Source: Escherichia phage I29
Length of the DNA: 64,000 nt
Sequence record: ON286975
Strand: one strand, 5' to 3'
Part shown: piece after piece, positions 9,484 through 18,863 of the stretch
How the letters are laid out: each line of letters starts with the position of its first letter
Numbering within the stretch: the stretch's first letter is position 1
Program-made: the position numbers and the translations under genes
The notes under the pieces: generated by a model
The model's input: only the letters and a program-made list of their open reading frames with translations
Databases searched by the model: none
What the model was told of the DNA's origin: nothing

Positions 9484-10109
9484 GAGAGCGTCTATTATCC
9501 ATAGACCAGTCGTTGACACACACAGCTTGCGTTGTATGGGACGATGGAAAGCCTGTTCACAAGGTTGTGTTACGAACTCAAAGCTCATCTGCAAAAGAGA
9601 AGAAACCAGGGACGGTTTCTTTTGCAACAGCTGCTGAGCGTATTGACTGGATCTGCAAACAGGTCAGATATTATATCCACACGCACCACGTTGACACCGT
9701 GGTTATGGAAGGGCTTTCCTTTGGATCACGCGGGGATGCCACACGTGAACTGGCTGGGTTGTTTTACGGTCTCGAAGTTATGCTTTGGGATGCTTTAGCT
9801 GATTGTGAAAATGACGGCCTGTTTAAGGTTCACACAGTGACACCAACAACTGCCAAAAAGTTTGCTCGTAGTCATCTTCCTGAGGAACTTGCTTTTGAGG
9901 AGAAGAAAAAGCTTGACAAAAGGACAGGTAAAGAGCATACTGTGAAGAAACCTGTTACGATGGATAAAAAGTTGATGGTTAAGGCCTGCGAAGTATCTGA
10001 ACCTGGGTTCCTAGATGGGATCAATTTGGTACAAGGTAAGGCCGATCTTGCAGATGCTTATTGGATAGGCAGGGCGCATCTGGAGGGATTATCGCAAAGC
10101 GTAAAATAA
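9480..10109 (+). CDS. RuvC-like Holliday junction resolvase (tentative)
   Basis: LSIDQS near N-terminus, VVMEG, ADLADAYWIG carboxylate pattern. Confidence 0.5.
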   Translation: MRERLLSIDQSLTHTACVVWDDGKPVHKVVLRTQSSSAKEKKPGTVSFATAAERIDWICKQVRYYIHTHHVDTVVMEGLSFGSRGDATRELAGLFYGLEVMLWDALADCENDGLFKVHTVTPTTAKKFARSHLPEELAFEEKKKLDKRTGKEHTVKKPVTMDKKLMVKACEVSEPGFLDGINLVQGKADLADAYWIGRAHLEGLSQSVK

Positions 10110-10666
10110 GAAAGAAAGCTGTCAAAGCTCCCGTTCATAACGGGTGGTTAAAAGATTCTAAGGACATAGCCAACTTTCGAAAAGAATTGTCAGAGGAGCA
10201 GGATGGTCTTGATCCAATCTTGTGCGAGCCACTTCGTAAGCCTTGTTTAGATCATGATCATCTGACTGGTCGTTGCAGGGGTGTTTTGTCTCAATGCACT
10301 AATACCTTTGAGGGGTATGTGCTTAAATACTGGATGAAATACTGTAACGAGTATACAGATTGCAGTTTATCAGAGGCGTTGCGCCGGATGGCTGACTATT
10401 TGGAGAAAGACTACAGCGACTTCCCGCTCCACAAAAACTACAGAGATGATATGACAAAGTTCTTGAGGAGATGCTCTAAAGCTACGATCATTGCACGAGC
10501 AGAATCAGATCTCAATCTTGTCATTAATCCGGAGTGCACCAAGCATGAGGCTATTGAGTTCTACATGCAGGAGTTTATAAAGAAAACTGAGGAGAGAGAT
10601 TTCTATGGGGATGAAAAAGGTATTCAATCCTTGCGACTCAGTCCTGATCAGGATGAAATACCGTAA
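10061..10666 (+). CDS. endonuclease VII-like junction resolvase (T4 gp49-like)
   Basis: CLDHDHLTGRCRGVLSQCTN...EGYVLKYW matches Endo VII zinc/HNH-like core; true start uncertain. Confidence 0.75.
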   Translation: MDRQGASGGIIAKRKIRKKAVKAPVHNGWLKDSKDIANFRKELSEEQDGLDPILCEPLRKPCLDHDHLTGRCRGVLSQCTNTFEGYVLKYWMKYCNEYTDCSLSEALRRMADYLEKDYSDFPLHKNYRDDMTKFLRRCSKATIIARAESDLNLVINPECTKHEAIEFYMQEFIKKTEERDFYGDEKGIQSLRLSPDQDEIP

Positions 10667-10838
10667 CTGGAAAGGTGTTGTTGCAGATCGCTGCGTTACT
10701 GAGCCTAATTTATGGTTTGGCTCTACAGAGTATCATAAAGAAGAGCAGTGGTTGATGCGTGCCTTCGATGTAGACAAGGGCGAATATCGTGACTTCGCTT
10801 TAAAAGACATTCTTCAGTTTTACTAAGGAATCTTAACG

Positions 10839-11822
10839 ATGATGACAAAGTTAACTCTTGAGCAAATTTTAACACTAAAGCAACAGGGATACACTAATAG
10901 ACAAATTGCTCGTGAATTTTTAGGCCGTGAGTCACGTGAGAGCTGGATCCGACTACAGCTTAAACGTGCACAAGAGAATATGTCAGAGATTGTAGGAGAA
11001 GCAACGGAGCGCTTCCTTGAAGAGCACAAAGGCGCTAAAGTTTGGGTGTATGATACAGAGACATCCCCAACAAACGGCTGGTTCTTTGGGCACTATAAGA
11101 CCAACATTCAAACCTGTGGTATTGAAGTTATGCCTTATATGCTAACTTTCGCAGGTAAGTGGTTAGACAGCCCTAGTGTGGTTGACTGCGCTCTTCCCGA
11201 TTACAAAATGTGGGATGAGGATATTCACAATGATCTCGAATTGATTCAGGATTTGTGGTATTATCTGGATAAATGCGATGTCGCAGTAGCCCACAATTCA
11301 GGTTTTGACTGCGGGTGGGCCAACCAACGATTTGCATTTCACGGGTTGCCTCCAACAAGCCCCTACAAAGAGGTTGACACCCTTAAAATGATCAAGAAGG
11401 CATTCCGTTTGAATGCAAACACTTTGGAGTATGCATGCAAATACTTCCAACTGGCCAGACAGAAACTGATTGATCACACATTTGAAATGTGGATCAAGTG
11501 TGTCCATGGCGATCTTGAGGCATTTAAACAGATGCGGGAGTATAATGTTGGTGATATCCTGTCTCTGGAAGGACTGTATTTGCTGGCTCGCCCGTTTGCT
11601 AAGCAGCACCCAAACATGTCATTGTACTACCAGGACGAGGAGCCAAAGGTTCGTTGCCCACGCTGTGGTGGAGAACACCTTCACGAGGAAGAAGCTTTGG
11701 CATATACTCAGCTGAGTGCATTTAAAACATACCGCTGCGAAGGTTGTGGATCTGTTGTTCGTGACCGTAACAACATCCGTACCAGAGAAGAAATGAAAAA
11801 CACCCTGATTCAGATAATCTAA
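10839..11822 (+). CDS. DEDD-family 3'-5' exonuclease with C-terminal zinc ribbon
   Basis: YDTETS, VAHNSGFD, Y...D motifs; CPRCGG...CEGCG. Confidence 0.55.
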   Translation: MMTKLTLEQILTLKQQGYTNRQIAREFLGRESRESWIRLQLKRAQENMSEIVGEATERFLEEHKGAKVWVYDTETSPTNGWFFGHYKTNIQTCGIEVMPYMLTFAGKWLDSPSVVDCALPDYKMWDEDIHNDLELIQDLWYYLDKCDVAVAHNSGFDCGWANQRFAFHGLPPTSPYKEVDTLKMIKKAFRLNANTLEYACKYFQLARQKLIDHTFEMWIKCVHGDLEAFKQMREYNVGDILSLEGLYLLARPFAKQHPNMSLYYQDEEPKVRCPRCGGEHLHEEEALAYTQLSAFKTYRCEGCGSVVRDRNNIRTREEMKNTLIQII

Positions 11823-11830
11823 CAATTATA

Positions 11831-11858
11831 GGGAGGCTTGCGCCTCCCTTTTCCTTTT
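11831..11858 (+). terminator. terminator-like hairpin (may double as 5'-UTR structure)
   Basis: gggaggc-ttgc-gcctccc then ttttcctttt. Confidence 0.45.
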
Positions 11859-11867
11859 GGAGGCACT

Positions 11868-12686
11868 TTGAGCAAGAAAGAGTCCAACGACAAATATTAC
11901 ACAAACCCTGAGTATGCAGAATATCTTGTTGGTAAAGTAAAAGATAAGTATGGAAATTGTGCATACGTTGAGCCTTCTGCTGGAAGAGGTTCTTTTTCAA
12001 AACTATTTTCAGAGATACTGTCGTACGATTTAGTACCAGATCCTGAATTTGAAGGGCCAACACCGTGCATTCAGGCAAACTTCTTGGAGGTGCACCCCAA
12101 GGCAGATGTCTTCATAGGTAACCCACCATTTGGCAAGAATTCATCTTTAGCTTGCAAATTCTTCAACCATTGTGCATCATTGCTAGAGCTTGGAGGGGCC
12201 ATAGCCTTCATCTTGCCACGGACATTTGAAAAAATATTTTTTGCAAACAAATTGGACATGTCGATGCACCTTGTCTACAGCGAAAGGTGCCCTAAGAATT
12301 CGTTTTTACTTAATGGCAAACCTTATGACGTGCCGTGTGTTTTCCAAATTTGGGAGAAAAAGGCGTGTAATAGGGATCCTGTAGAGATTGGAGAGAATAA
12401 GTTATTTTCTTTTAGCACTCCAGATGACTACGACTTCTGTGTAAGACGTGTTGGGTATAATGCTGGAAAAGTATTGGGGGATGATGACCCAAAATCTGAA
12501 GAATCGACATATTTCATAAAATCTTTAGTTGACGGTGTTGACAGAGTGTTTTCTGAATGCTATTCTTCTTTTCAAGAAGAAGCAGGTAAGACTGCCGGAA
12601 TGAAGAGTATAGGCAAGAAAGAACTACAATACATTTTGGAGACCAGGTATGATCAAAAGCATAGACTTGACCAAAGAACTCACTGA
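11868..12686 (+). CDS. DNA N6-adenine methyltransferase
   Basis: FIGNPPFG motif IV; no ATG, start placed at TTG after GGAGG RBS. Confidence 0.55.
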   Translation: MSKKESNDKYYTNPEYAEYLVGKVKDKYGNCAYVEPSAGRGSFSKLFSEILSYDLVPDPEFEGPTPCIQANFLEVHPKADVFIGNPPFGKNSSLACKFFNHCASLLELGGAIAFILPRTFEKIFFANKLDMSMHLVYSERCPKNSFLLNGKPYDVPCVFQIWEKKACNRDPVEIGENKLFSFSTPDDYDFCVRRVGYNAGKVLGDDDPKSEESTYFIKSLVDGVDRVFSECYSSFQEEAGKTAGMKSIGKKELQYILETRYDQKHRLDQRTH

Positions 12687-13107
12687 TGCGAAAGCTTTTG
12701 GTGAGACAGCGGTACAAAGGGGGCAGGCAATGGGACTGGCACTACCTTTCGTCTTAAAAGAGCACTTTACAGATTTTCAACTTATCAAGGGCGATAAGGG
12801 AATGCTTATCCTGGAGCATAAGTTGAGTAAGAAACGCTATAAAGTTGTTTTTAATTCTAAAGCTCCAACAAAACTGGGATTCAGAACTTACAATCTTAAC
12901 CCATCCTACACTAAGGGTGTTGGAAGGGTAGAACAACAGCATTTCAGTGCCAGAGCTTCTTTAGCCCCTTTGATGCTAAATTTCTCAGGGGTGGCTTTAG
13001 GATACCTTGATAAGAAAAGAGTTCTTCATGTCCGTTTCACAGACTTTGTAACGCTTTTAGCTAACAACGAGGTTGATGAAAAGGGACGTGTAAAAACAAA
13101 CTTCTAA
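12649..13107 (+). CDS. hypothetical protein
   Basis: ORF in arm orientation. Confidence 0.4.
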   Translation: MIKSIDLTKELTDAKAFGETAVQRGQAMGLALPFVLKEHFTDFQLIKGDKGMLILEHKLSKKRYKVVFNSKAPTKLGFRTYNLNPSYTKGVGRVEQQHFSARASLAPLMLNFSGVALGYLDKKRVLHVRFTDFVTLLANNEVDEKGRVKTNF

Positions 13108-13122
13108 TAACGCATAATATGA

Positions 13123-13326
13123 TTGGAGACCACAATGACACTAAAGTTAACAATTCCAGACAGCTTTTCAGAAAACTTTATCCCAGAAATGATGAGTAAG
13201 ATGCGATCATTGCTTGATCAGATTGAGGAGGCTGTTTGGGAAGACGATGCTGTAGTGGCTAACGAGCTGGTAGATAAGTGTAAAAGTATTATTGATGCAG
13301 TTGAAGAATACCACGGAGGTTTTTGA
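13123..13326 (+). CDS. hypothetical acidic protein
   Basis: ORF with GGAG RBS. Confidence 0.4.
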   Translation: METTMTLKLTIPDSFSENFIPEMMSKMRSLLDQIEEAVWEDDAVVANELVDKCKSIIDAVEEYHGGF

Positions 13327-13940
13327 TGGATATTATTGTTCTTAACGCCCCACCCAGCAGTGGTAAGGATCACATTGCAGATCTCTTGTTGGAAGCTATT
13401 CCTAACTCACACCACCGTGAGGTTAAGGAGATGCTCTTCAGTGTGGCAATTAAGGCAGCTGGTGTAACTCCTCAACTCTGGAATGCCCTTTATGACCGCC
13501 ACTACAAAGAAGAGCCTTGCCCTTTCTTAATGATAGACGGCAAGCATGTTTCTCCGCGAGAATGGATGATCCATTGTAGTGAAAATCTGATTAAACCTAT
13601 CTTTGGTGAAGATGCTTTCGGTAAAGCCGCAGTCACATCTTTGAAGAAAGATTTCCCTGAAGGTAAAGGGGTTATTGTTTACTCCGATGGGGGATTCAAA
13701 GAGGAGCTGGCATGCCTTAGTGAGTACGCATACAGTACAGGTGGAGATCTGTTGTTGTTCCGTATTCACCGTGTAGGATATGACTGGGGAAATGATTCCA
13801 GAACCTACCTAAGTCTGGAAAAGAACGGAATAAAAGGGGTTGAGTTTGATGTTGTAAACCCTGAAGGTGCACCTTGGGAGTGTGCATCGGAGATTGTGTG
13901 CAAGTATATTGATGCTAAAGAGGCCCAAGAAGAATGTTAA
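13323..13940 (+). CDS. dNMP kinase-like protein (T4 gp1-like, tentative)
   Basis: Unusual Walker A ending SGKD as in T4 gp1. Confidence 0.5.
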   Translation: MMDIIVLNAPPSSGKDHIADLLLEAIPNSHHREVKEMLFSVAIKAAGVTPQLWNALYDRHYKEEPCPFLMIDGKHVSPREWMIHCSENLIKPIFGEDAFGKAAVTSLKKDFPEGKGVIVYSDGGFKEELACLSEYAYSTGGDLLLFRIHRVGYDWGNDSRTYLSLEKNGIKGVEFDVVNPEGAPWECASEIVCKYIDAKEAQEEC

Positions 13941-14527
13941 TCGGAATTGATGTAGATCTGACACTGGTAGATTCAGGAACAGCATGGTGGGAGTGGTTGG
14001 AGCGTTTGTATGGTCCAGCCAGTAAGACAGTCGCTAAACCTTCTAATGGGTTAATGTATTACGATCTGTCAAAGTATTGGCCTGATCGCCCCAAAGAAAA
14101 CATCATAGGGCCTTTTGATTTCTGGAGTGACCCGTTCCTTTACGACTTTCTTAAGCCTGAAGAGGGGGCTATTGAGGTTATGAAAGATTTGGTGGCTCGT
14201 GGTCACAAGCTTGCGTTTATCTCGGTATGCAAGAAAGGTCACCTTGCATCTAAATCAAGGTTCTTAAAGCGTTGGACCAGTGATTTTATGGATCTGGACG
14301 ATCACACCCAGGGCCACGGATTCTACGCCACACATTTCAAAGGGAATGTGGCTGTAGATGTTATAATTGACGACAGGCATGAATACCTGAACCAATTCGC
14401 TTCACGACCTGAAGTTATTAAAATCCTAAAAGATACGCCTTATGAGCAATTCGAGGAGTTAAAGGTCAGTATTGACTATACCGCCAATAGCTGGTATAAA
14501 ATAGGAAAGTTTTTAGAAGGTATTTGA
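13934..14527 (+). CDS. HAD-superfamily phosphatase (5'-nucleotidase-like)
   Basis: DxDxT motif GIDVDLT at N-terminus. Confidence 0.5.
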   Translation: MLIGIDVDLTLVDSGTAWWEWLERLYGPASKTVAKPSNGLMYYDLSKYWPDRPKENIIGPFDFWSDPFLYDFLKPEEGAIEVMKDLVARGHKLAFISVCKKGHLASKSRFLKRWTSDFMDLDDHTQGHGFYATHFKGNVAVDVIIDDRHEYLNQFASRPEVIKILKDTPYEQFEELKVSIDYTANSWYKIGKFLEGI

Positions 14528-14528
14528 A

Positions 14529-14729
14529 ATGGGCAGATGTTCTAAAGGTGGCGATCCTGTAGTCAGATACGGAGACTGGCTAGAGGTATATAATCTGGAG
14601 GGAAAGCTAGTGTATGCTTCCAGGATCACCCAGGATATGTGCTCTGATATGTTTAACAGGTACCTTGCATTTAAGGCCAACATAAACCCAGACGAAATTT
14701 CCAAAATTAAAACAAGGAGAGCTAAATAA
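14529..14729 (+). CDS. hypothetical protein
   Basis: ORF in arm orientation. Confidence 0.4.
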   Translation: MGRCSKGGDPVVRYGDWLEVYNLEGKLVYASRITQDMCSDMFNRYLAFKANINPDEISKIKTRRAK

Positions 14730-15712
14730 TGCTAAAACTGTGCACTGCAAAGATTATTGCTGACAGCATTTCCGAGAAAGGTAAGCGTATAACCACTTTT
14801 GAGCTAGAGTATCCTAGAATCATTCACTCTGAACTCATGACACACCGAGTTTTCAGCAGAAACGCCATGTCCTCTCGTGCAGTACCTGTTAACAAAATGC
14901 TGCAGCAGGTTGTGGAAAATCCTGCAATGCCAGTTCGTTTTGGTGTAAACCAGCGAGGTATGGAGGATGGTGGCGATCACGATCAGAAGATCCGTGTAGA
15001 GTATACTGATCTTGAGTTCTCTCCTGAAGAGTTCTGGAAAGAAGCTGCCAAAAATGCAGCCTGGCATGCAGAGAAGTTCGCACTTGCTGGTTACCATAAG
15101 CAAGTATGTAACCGCTTAGTGGAGCCTTTTCAGCGCATGAAAACAGTTGTAACAAGCACCGAGTGGAATAATTTTTTCCACCTCCGTTGCTGGCACGATG
15201 CGGATCCTACGATTCAGATGTTGGCTAATTGTATGTGGGAGGCTCTTGGGAATAGCACTCCTGAAATCCTTAAACCGGGTCAATGGCACACCCCATATGT
15301 AGAGCACGTTTATTTGGACGGAGAGTTTAACTACGCTGTGCGTGACACAGAAGGAAAGCTCTGCATTCTCGATACTAAAGAAGCTCTGTCTATCAGTGCT
15401 AGTTGCTGTGCACAAGTATCTTATCGAAATATTGACAGCACGTTTGAAAAGGCAGACAGTGTGGCTAAAAAATTGATTGGTGGGGATCGTATTCATGCAA
15501 GCCCTTACGAGCACCAGGCAACACCTATGGATCACGATAACGCAATGGAACGTTTAAACTACTACCTGTCTTCATGTGAAATCACACAAGACATCAGTAC
15601 TTGGCAGGAAGGTGTAACCCATCAAGACCGTGATGGTAAATTCTGGTCTGCCAACTTTTGTGGGTGGGTTCAGCACAGACAACTGCTTAATAACCACTTC
15701 GTGAAAGGTTAA
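14729..15712 (+). CDS. thyX: ThyX-like flavin-dependent thymidylate synthase family protein
   Basis: ThyX signature region THRVFSRNAMSSRAV, with T where the canonical RHR has the first Arg. Confidence 0.6.
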   Translation: MLKLCTAKIIADSISEKGKRITTFELEYPRIIHSELMTHRVFSRNAMSSRAVPVNKMLQQVVENPAMPVRFGVNQRGMEDGGDHDQKIRVEYTDLEFSPEEFWKEAAKNAAWHAEKFALAGYHKQVCNRLVEPFQRMKTVVTSTEWNNFFHLRCWHDADPTIQMLANCMWEALGNSTPEILKPGQWHTPYVEHVYLDGEFNYAVRDTEGKLCILDTKEALSISASCCAQVSYRNIDSTFEKADSVAKKLIGGDRIHASPYEHQATPMDHDNAMERLNYYLSSCEITQDISTWQEGVTHQDRDGKFWSANFCGWVQHRQLLNNHFVKG

Positions 15713-15716
15713 TCCT

Positions 15717-15740
15717 ATCACAGCGATAGGTAACTTTTGT
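15717..15740 (+). terminator. terminator-like hairpin
   Basis: cctatc-acagc-gatagg then T-rich. Confidence 0.4.
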
Positions 15741-15741
15741 G

Positions 15742-15770
15742 TTGACTAATAGTATCAGATAATCTATAAT
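15742..15770 (+). promoter_or_regulatory. sigma70-like promoter
   Basis: TTGACT-17-TATAAT. Confidence 0.6.
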
Positions 15771-15810
15771 AATGGCTCACTTTGTTAGTGAGCCAGAAAT
15801 GGAGACAGAT

Positions 15811-16272
15811 ATGAGTAATGTTATGATTCCTAAAAAGACATTTATTTCAGTTACTTTGGATTTCCTATCTACCGTTCCCGGGTTTAACGTTCGCACACGA
15901 AACGGTCTCCGAGCTGCACTCTTTGCCGTAGGGTTCGATTTAAAAAGTATTGATGTTCTTCGTGGAAAAAACGTTCGATGCAAAAATAAGCCAACACATT
16001 ATCGAAAGGCAGATGTATTTGCTGGTGTCATGCGTGCAGACTTTAGATATCCGCAAATGTATAACGGTGTAGATATTTTAGATGTAGATAAAGCACCCGG
16101 TGAGGCAATGCTTGTTCAAGATCTTCCGTATGATATCCCTGTAGAGGATCGTGTTAATGTAAGAAAGTATACAAAACAATCTGAAAAGGCTGAAGATATT
16201 CATATTGTTGATGAACCTTTCAATTTTGAAGATCTGCATCGCCTGGAAAAATTATTCGGTATTGAAAGCTAA
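15811..16272 (+). CDS. hypothetical protein
   Basis: Start moved to ATG after GGAG because the track start lies inside the promoter. Confidence 0.45.
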   Translation: MSNVMIPKKTFISVTLDFLSTVPGFNVRTRNGLRAALFAVGFDLKSIDVLRGKNVRCKNKPTHYRKADVFAGVMRADFRYPQMYNGVDILDVDKAPGEAMLVQDLPYDIPVEDRVNVRKYTKQSEKAEDIHIVDEPFNFEDLHRLEKLFGIES

Positions 16273-16282
16273 GGTGGTGAAG

Positions 16283-16513
16283 ATGAGTCATAACTCCAAG
16301 TGGAAGGATCTTGGTTTTGCAAGCCGGGCAGAGTATGTTGGTTGGCTTTGGTTCAATGGCCTGACAAACGATATTAAAATGTATGATGATGTCTATTATG
16401 ACGAGTATACAGGTAAAATTATAAATATCTCTGTAGAAGAGGATACTTTTATCCAGCAAGATACTGATACCTGCCTTGATAAATACGTTAGTGAAGTGGA
16501 GGAAGCAAATTGA
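16283..16513 (+). CDS. hypothetical protein
   Basis: GGTGGTGAAG RBS then ATG. Confidence 0.4.
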   Translation: MSHNSKWKDLGFASRAEYVGWLWFNGLTNDIKMYDDVYYDEYTGKIINISVEEDTFIQQDTDTCLDKYVSEVEEAN

Positions 16514-18825
16514 TCACCAAGGTAATTAAAAGCAACGGATGTGAAGTGGCATTCGATCCAGAACGTTTAAATAAGGCAGCTATTTTCGGTGACGACGGTA
16601 ACGGCAATTGGTCACACATTGCACTGGATGCATACAAACGACTGTATGATGGATGTACAACCAAAGAAGTTAACCAAGCTATCATAGACTCCTGTGTTAG
16701 CCGTAAAGACGAAGCACATTCCCGTATGGCTGGTCGTGTTCTTATTGGTCAGATTTATAAAGAGGCTTTTGGAGGGTTTACAAAGATCCCTTCCTTACCA
16801 TCATTTTACAATACCATGGTTGAGAAAGGGTATTGGGAGGATATGGGCTATAGCTTTACCGAGCTAAACACTTTAGACGCTGTTATTGACCACAGTAAAG
16901 ATCTCGGTTATGGCTATGCAGTCCTTAAACAGTTTCGCGACAAATACGGGATCAAGGATACTCTTAAAGACACCCTGTTTGAATCTCCCCAGATGATGTT
17001 TATGGGGATAGCAATGGCTGTCATGAAGAATATGCCGAAAGAACGTCGTATCAACGATGTTGTAAAATTGTACACTTATCTGTCCGACTTAAAGATCAAT
17101 GCCCCGACACCGTACTTAAACGGGCTGCGCACAGGTAAGACAGGGTATGCATCTTGTTGTGTAATAAAAGCTGACGATACAGCAAAATCTATTGGTGTGG
17201 CACGTGAAGTTGCGTACACAATGACGGTTAACCAAGCAGGTATCGGCTACTATTTATCATCAAGATCTGCAGGCGATGGTGTTCGTGGTAACACTATTAA
17301 ACATATGGGTAAGATTCCATATTATCGAGGTATTGATGCTGGGGTTAAGGAGAACAGACAACAATCACGTGGCGGTTCTGCAACAGTATCATTCCTTGCA
17401 CTGGACCCGCAGATTGATGAGCTAATCCGTTTGAGAAACCCTATGACTGTTGCTTCAAAAAGAATCAACACCATGGACTACTCCATCGGTATTAATAGGT
17501 CGTTTATCAACCGTGTGGCTAAGAATTTGGATTGGATGCTTGTTTCTTATAAGCACGCGCCTCAACTGCATGAGGGTATCTTCACCATGTCTATGGAGGA
17601 GTTTGATGCAGAGGTTGATCGTATCGCTAAAGATGACAGTATTCCTAAAACATGGATCCGAGCTAGAGATCTTGCTGTTGAGCTGATCACGCAGCGTACC
17701 GAGGTGGGAAGACTGTACGTATACTGGACAGATGAGATGAATAGACATACACCTTTTAAAGATGTGATCTATTCAAGTAACCTGTGTGCAGAAATAGCTC
17801 TCCCGACAAAAGGCTATTCAGATATGCGTAATATCTTCAAGCACGATGTTGATGATGGCGAAGTTGCATTGTGCTTCCTGTCATCTCTTGTAGCTGGAAG
17901 GGTTACCCCAGAGGAGTATGAGGATGTTGCATACTACACGGTGCTTATGATTGACAATGTTATGGAAATCATGACATATCCGTATGAAAATATGGAAAGC
18001 ACAGTTAAAAAACGCAGATCCATCGGGGTTGGCCTTACCAATGTTGCACATTTTATTGCCAGCCACAAGGTTACTTACGGATCTCCTGAAAGTAAACAGC
18101 TCGTTCACGATCTTGCAGAACTTCACAGCTACAGCTTGCATAAGGCAAGTTTACGGTTGGCAAAAGAGCGTGGTGTCTGCGAGTGGATGCATAAAACAAA
18201 ATATCCAGAAGGTTGGTTACCAATCGACACCTACAACAAAGAGGTCGATAGCGTGGTGAAAGATCCTTCTCTTAAACAGGATTGGGAAGGGTTACGTAAA
18301 GAAATCATTGAAAATGGTGGGCTACGTAATAGCGTTCTTGAAGCATATATGCCTAATGAAAGCTCTTCGCTGGCAACAAACACCACTAACGGGGTTTATC
18401 CTGTCCGTGAGCACATTATCTTTAAAAAGTCGCCACAAGGGCAGGTGCTGTTTATCGTTCCTGACTATGATGAGTTGAAAGAGTATTACACCTCGGCTTG
18501 GGACGTTGATACTAACGACATGATCGATATGTATGCTGTAATTCAAAAATTCACAGGTCAGGCAATCAGCGCGGATTTATACATAGACTACACCAAGTTG
18601 AAAGATGGTAAAATTTCAATGAAGGAGCAGTTAGGGTACCTTATCCGTGCCACTAAATTCGGGATGAAGACATGGTATTATTTAAACTCTAGGGTTGGTG
18701 CTGGTGACTCCTTGGCAGAGGAACTTCATGCCAAGAAACAGGCTGAAGATGAAACCAGAAAGAACTATCCTTTGATTGCAGATAGTTCAGTTGAAGATCC
18801 GTATTGCGAAAGCTGTGCACTATAA
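16510..18825 (+). CDS. nrdA: ribonucleotide reductase class Ia alpha subunit
   Basis: 771 aa; active-site region SSNLCAEIALPT; directly upstream of nrdB. Confidence 0.9.
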   Translation: MITKVIKSNGCEVAFDPERLNKAAIFGDDGNGNWSHIALDAYKRLYDGCTTKEVNQAIIDSCVSRKDEAHSRMAGRVLIGQIYKEAFGGFTKIPSLPSFYNTMVEKGYWEDMGYSFTELNTLDAVIDHSKDLGYGYAVLKQFRDKYGIKDTLKDTLFESPQMMFMGIAMAVMKNMPKERRINDVVKLYTYLSDLKINAPTPYLNGLRTGKTGYASCCVIKADDTAKSIGVAREVAYTMTVNQAGIGYYLSSRSAGDGVRGNTIKHMGKIPYYRGIDAGVKENRQQSRGGSATVSFLALDPQIDELIRLRNPMTVASKRINTMDYSIGINRSFINRVAKNLDWMLVSYKHAPQLHEGIFTMSMEEFDAEVDRIAKDDSIPKTWIRARDLAVELITQRTEVGRLYVYWTDEMNRHTPFKDVIYSSNLCAEIALPTKGYSDMRNIFKHDVDDGEVALCFLSSLVAGRVTPEEYEDVAYYTVLMIDNVMEIMTYPYENMESTVKKRRSIGVGLTNVAHFIASHKVTYGSPESKQLVHDLAELHSYSLHKASLRLAKERGVCEWMHKTKYPEGWLPIDTYNKEVDSVVKDPSLKQDWEGLRKEIIENGGLRNSVLEAYMPNESSSLATNTTNGVYPVREHIIFKKSPQGQVLFIVPDYDELKEYYTSAWDVDTNDMIDMYAVIQKFTGQAISADLYIDYTKLKDGKISMKEQLGYLIRATKFGMKTWYYLNSRVGAGDSLAEELHAKKQAEDETRKNYPLIADSSVEDPYCESCAL

Positions 18826-18833
18826 TTTTAAAG

Positions 18834-18853
18834 GGGCTTCGGCCCCATTTTAG
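18834..18853 (+). other. intergenic GC hairpin between nrdA and nrdB
   Basis: ggggcttcggcccc then atttta. Confidence 0.4.
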
Positions 18854-18863
18854 AGGTAGAATA

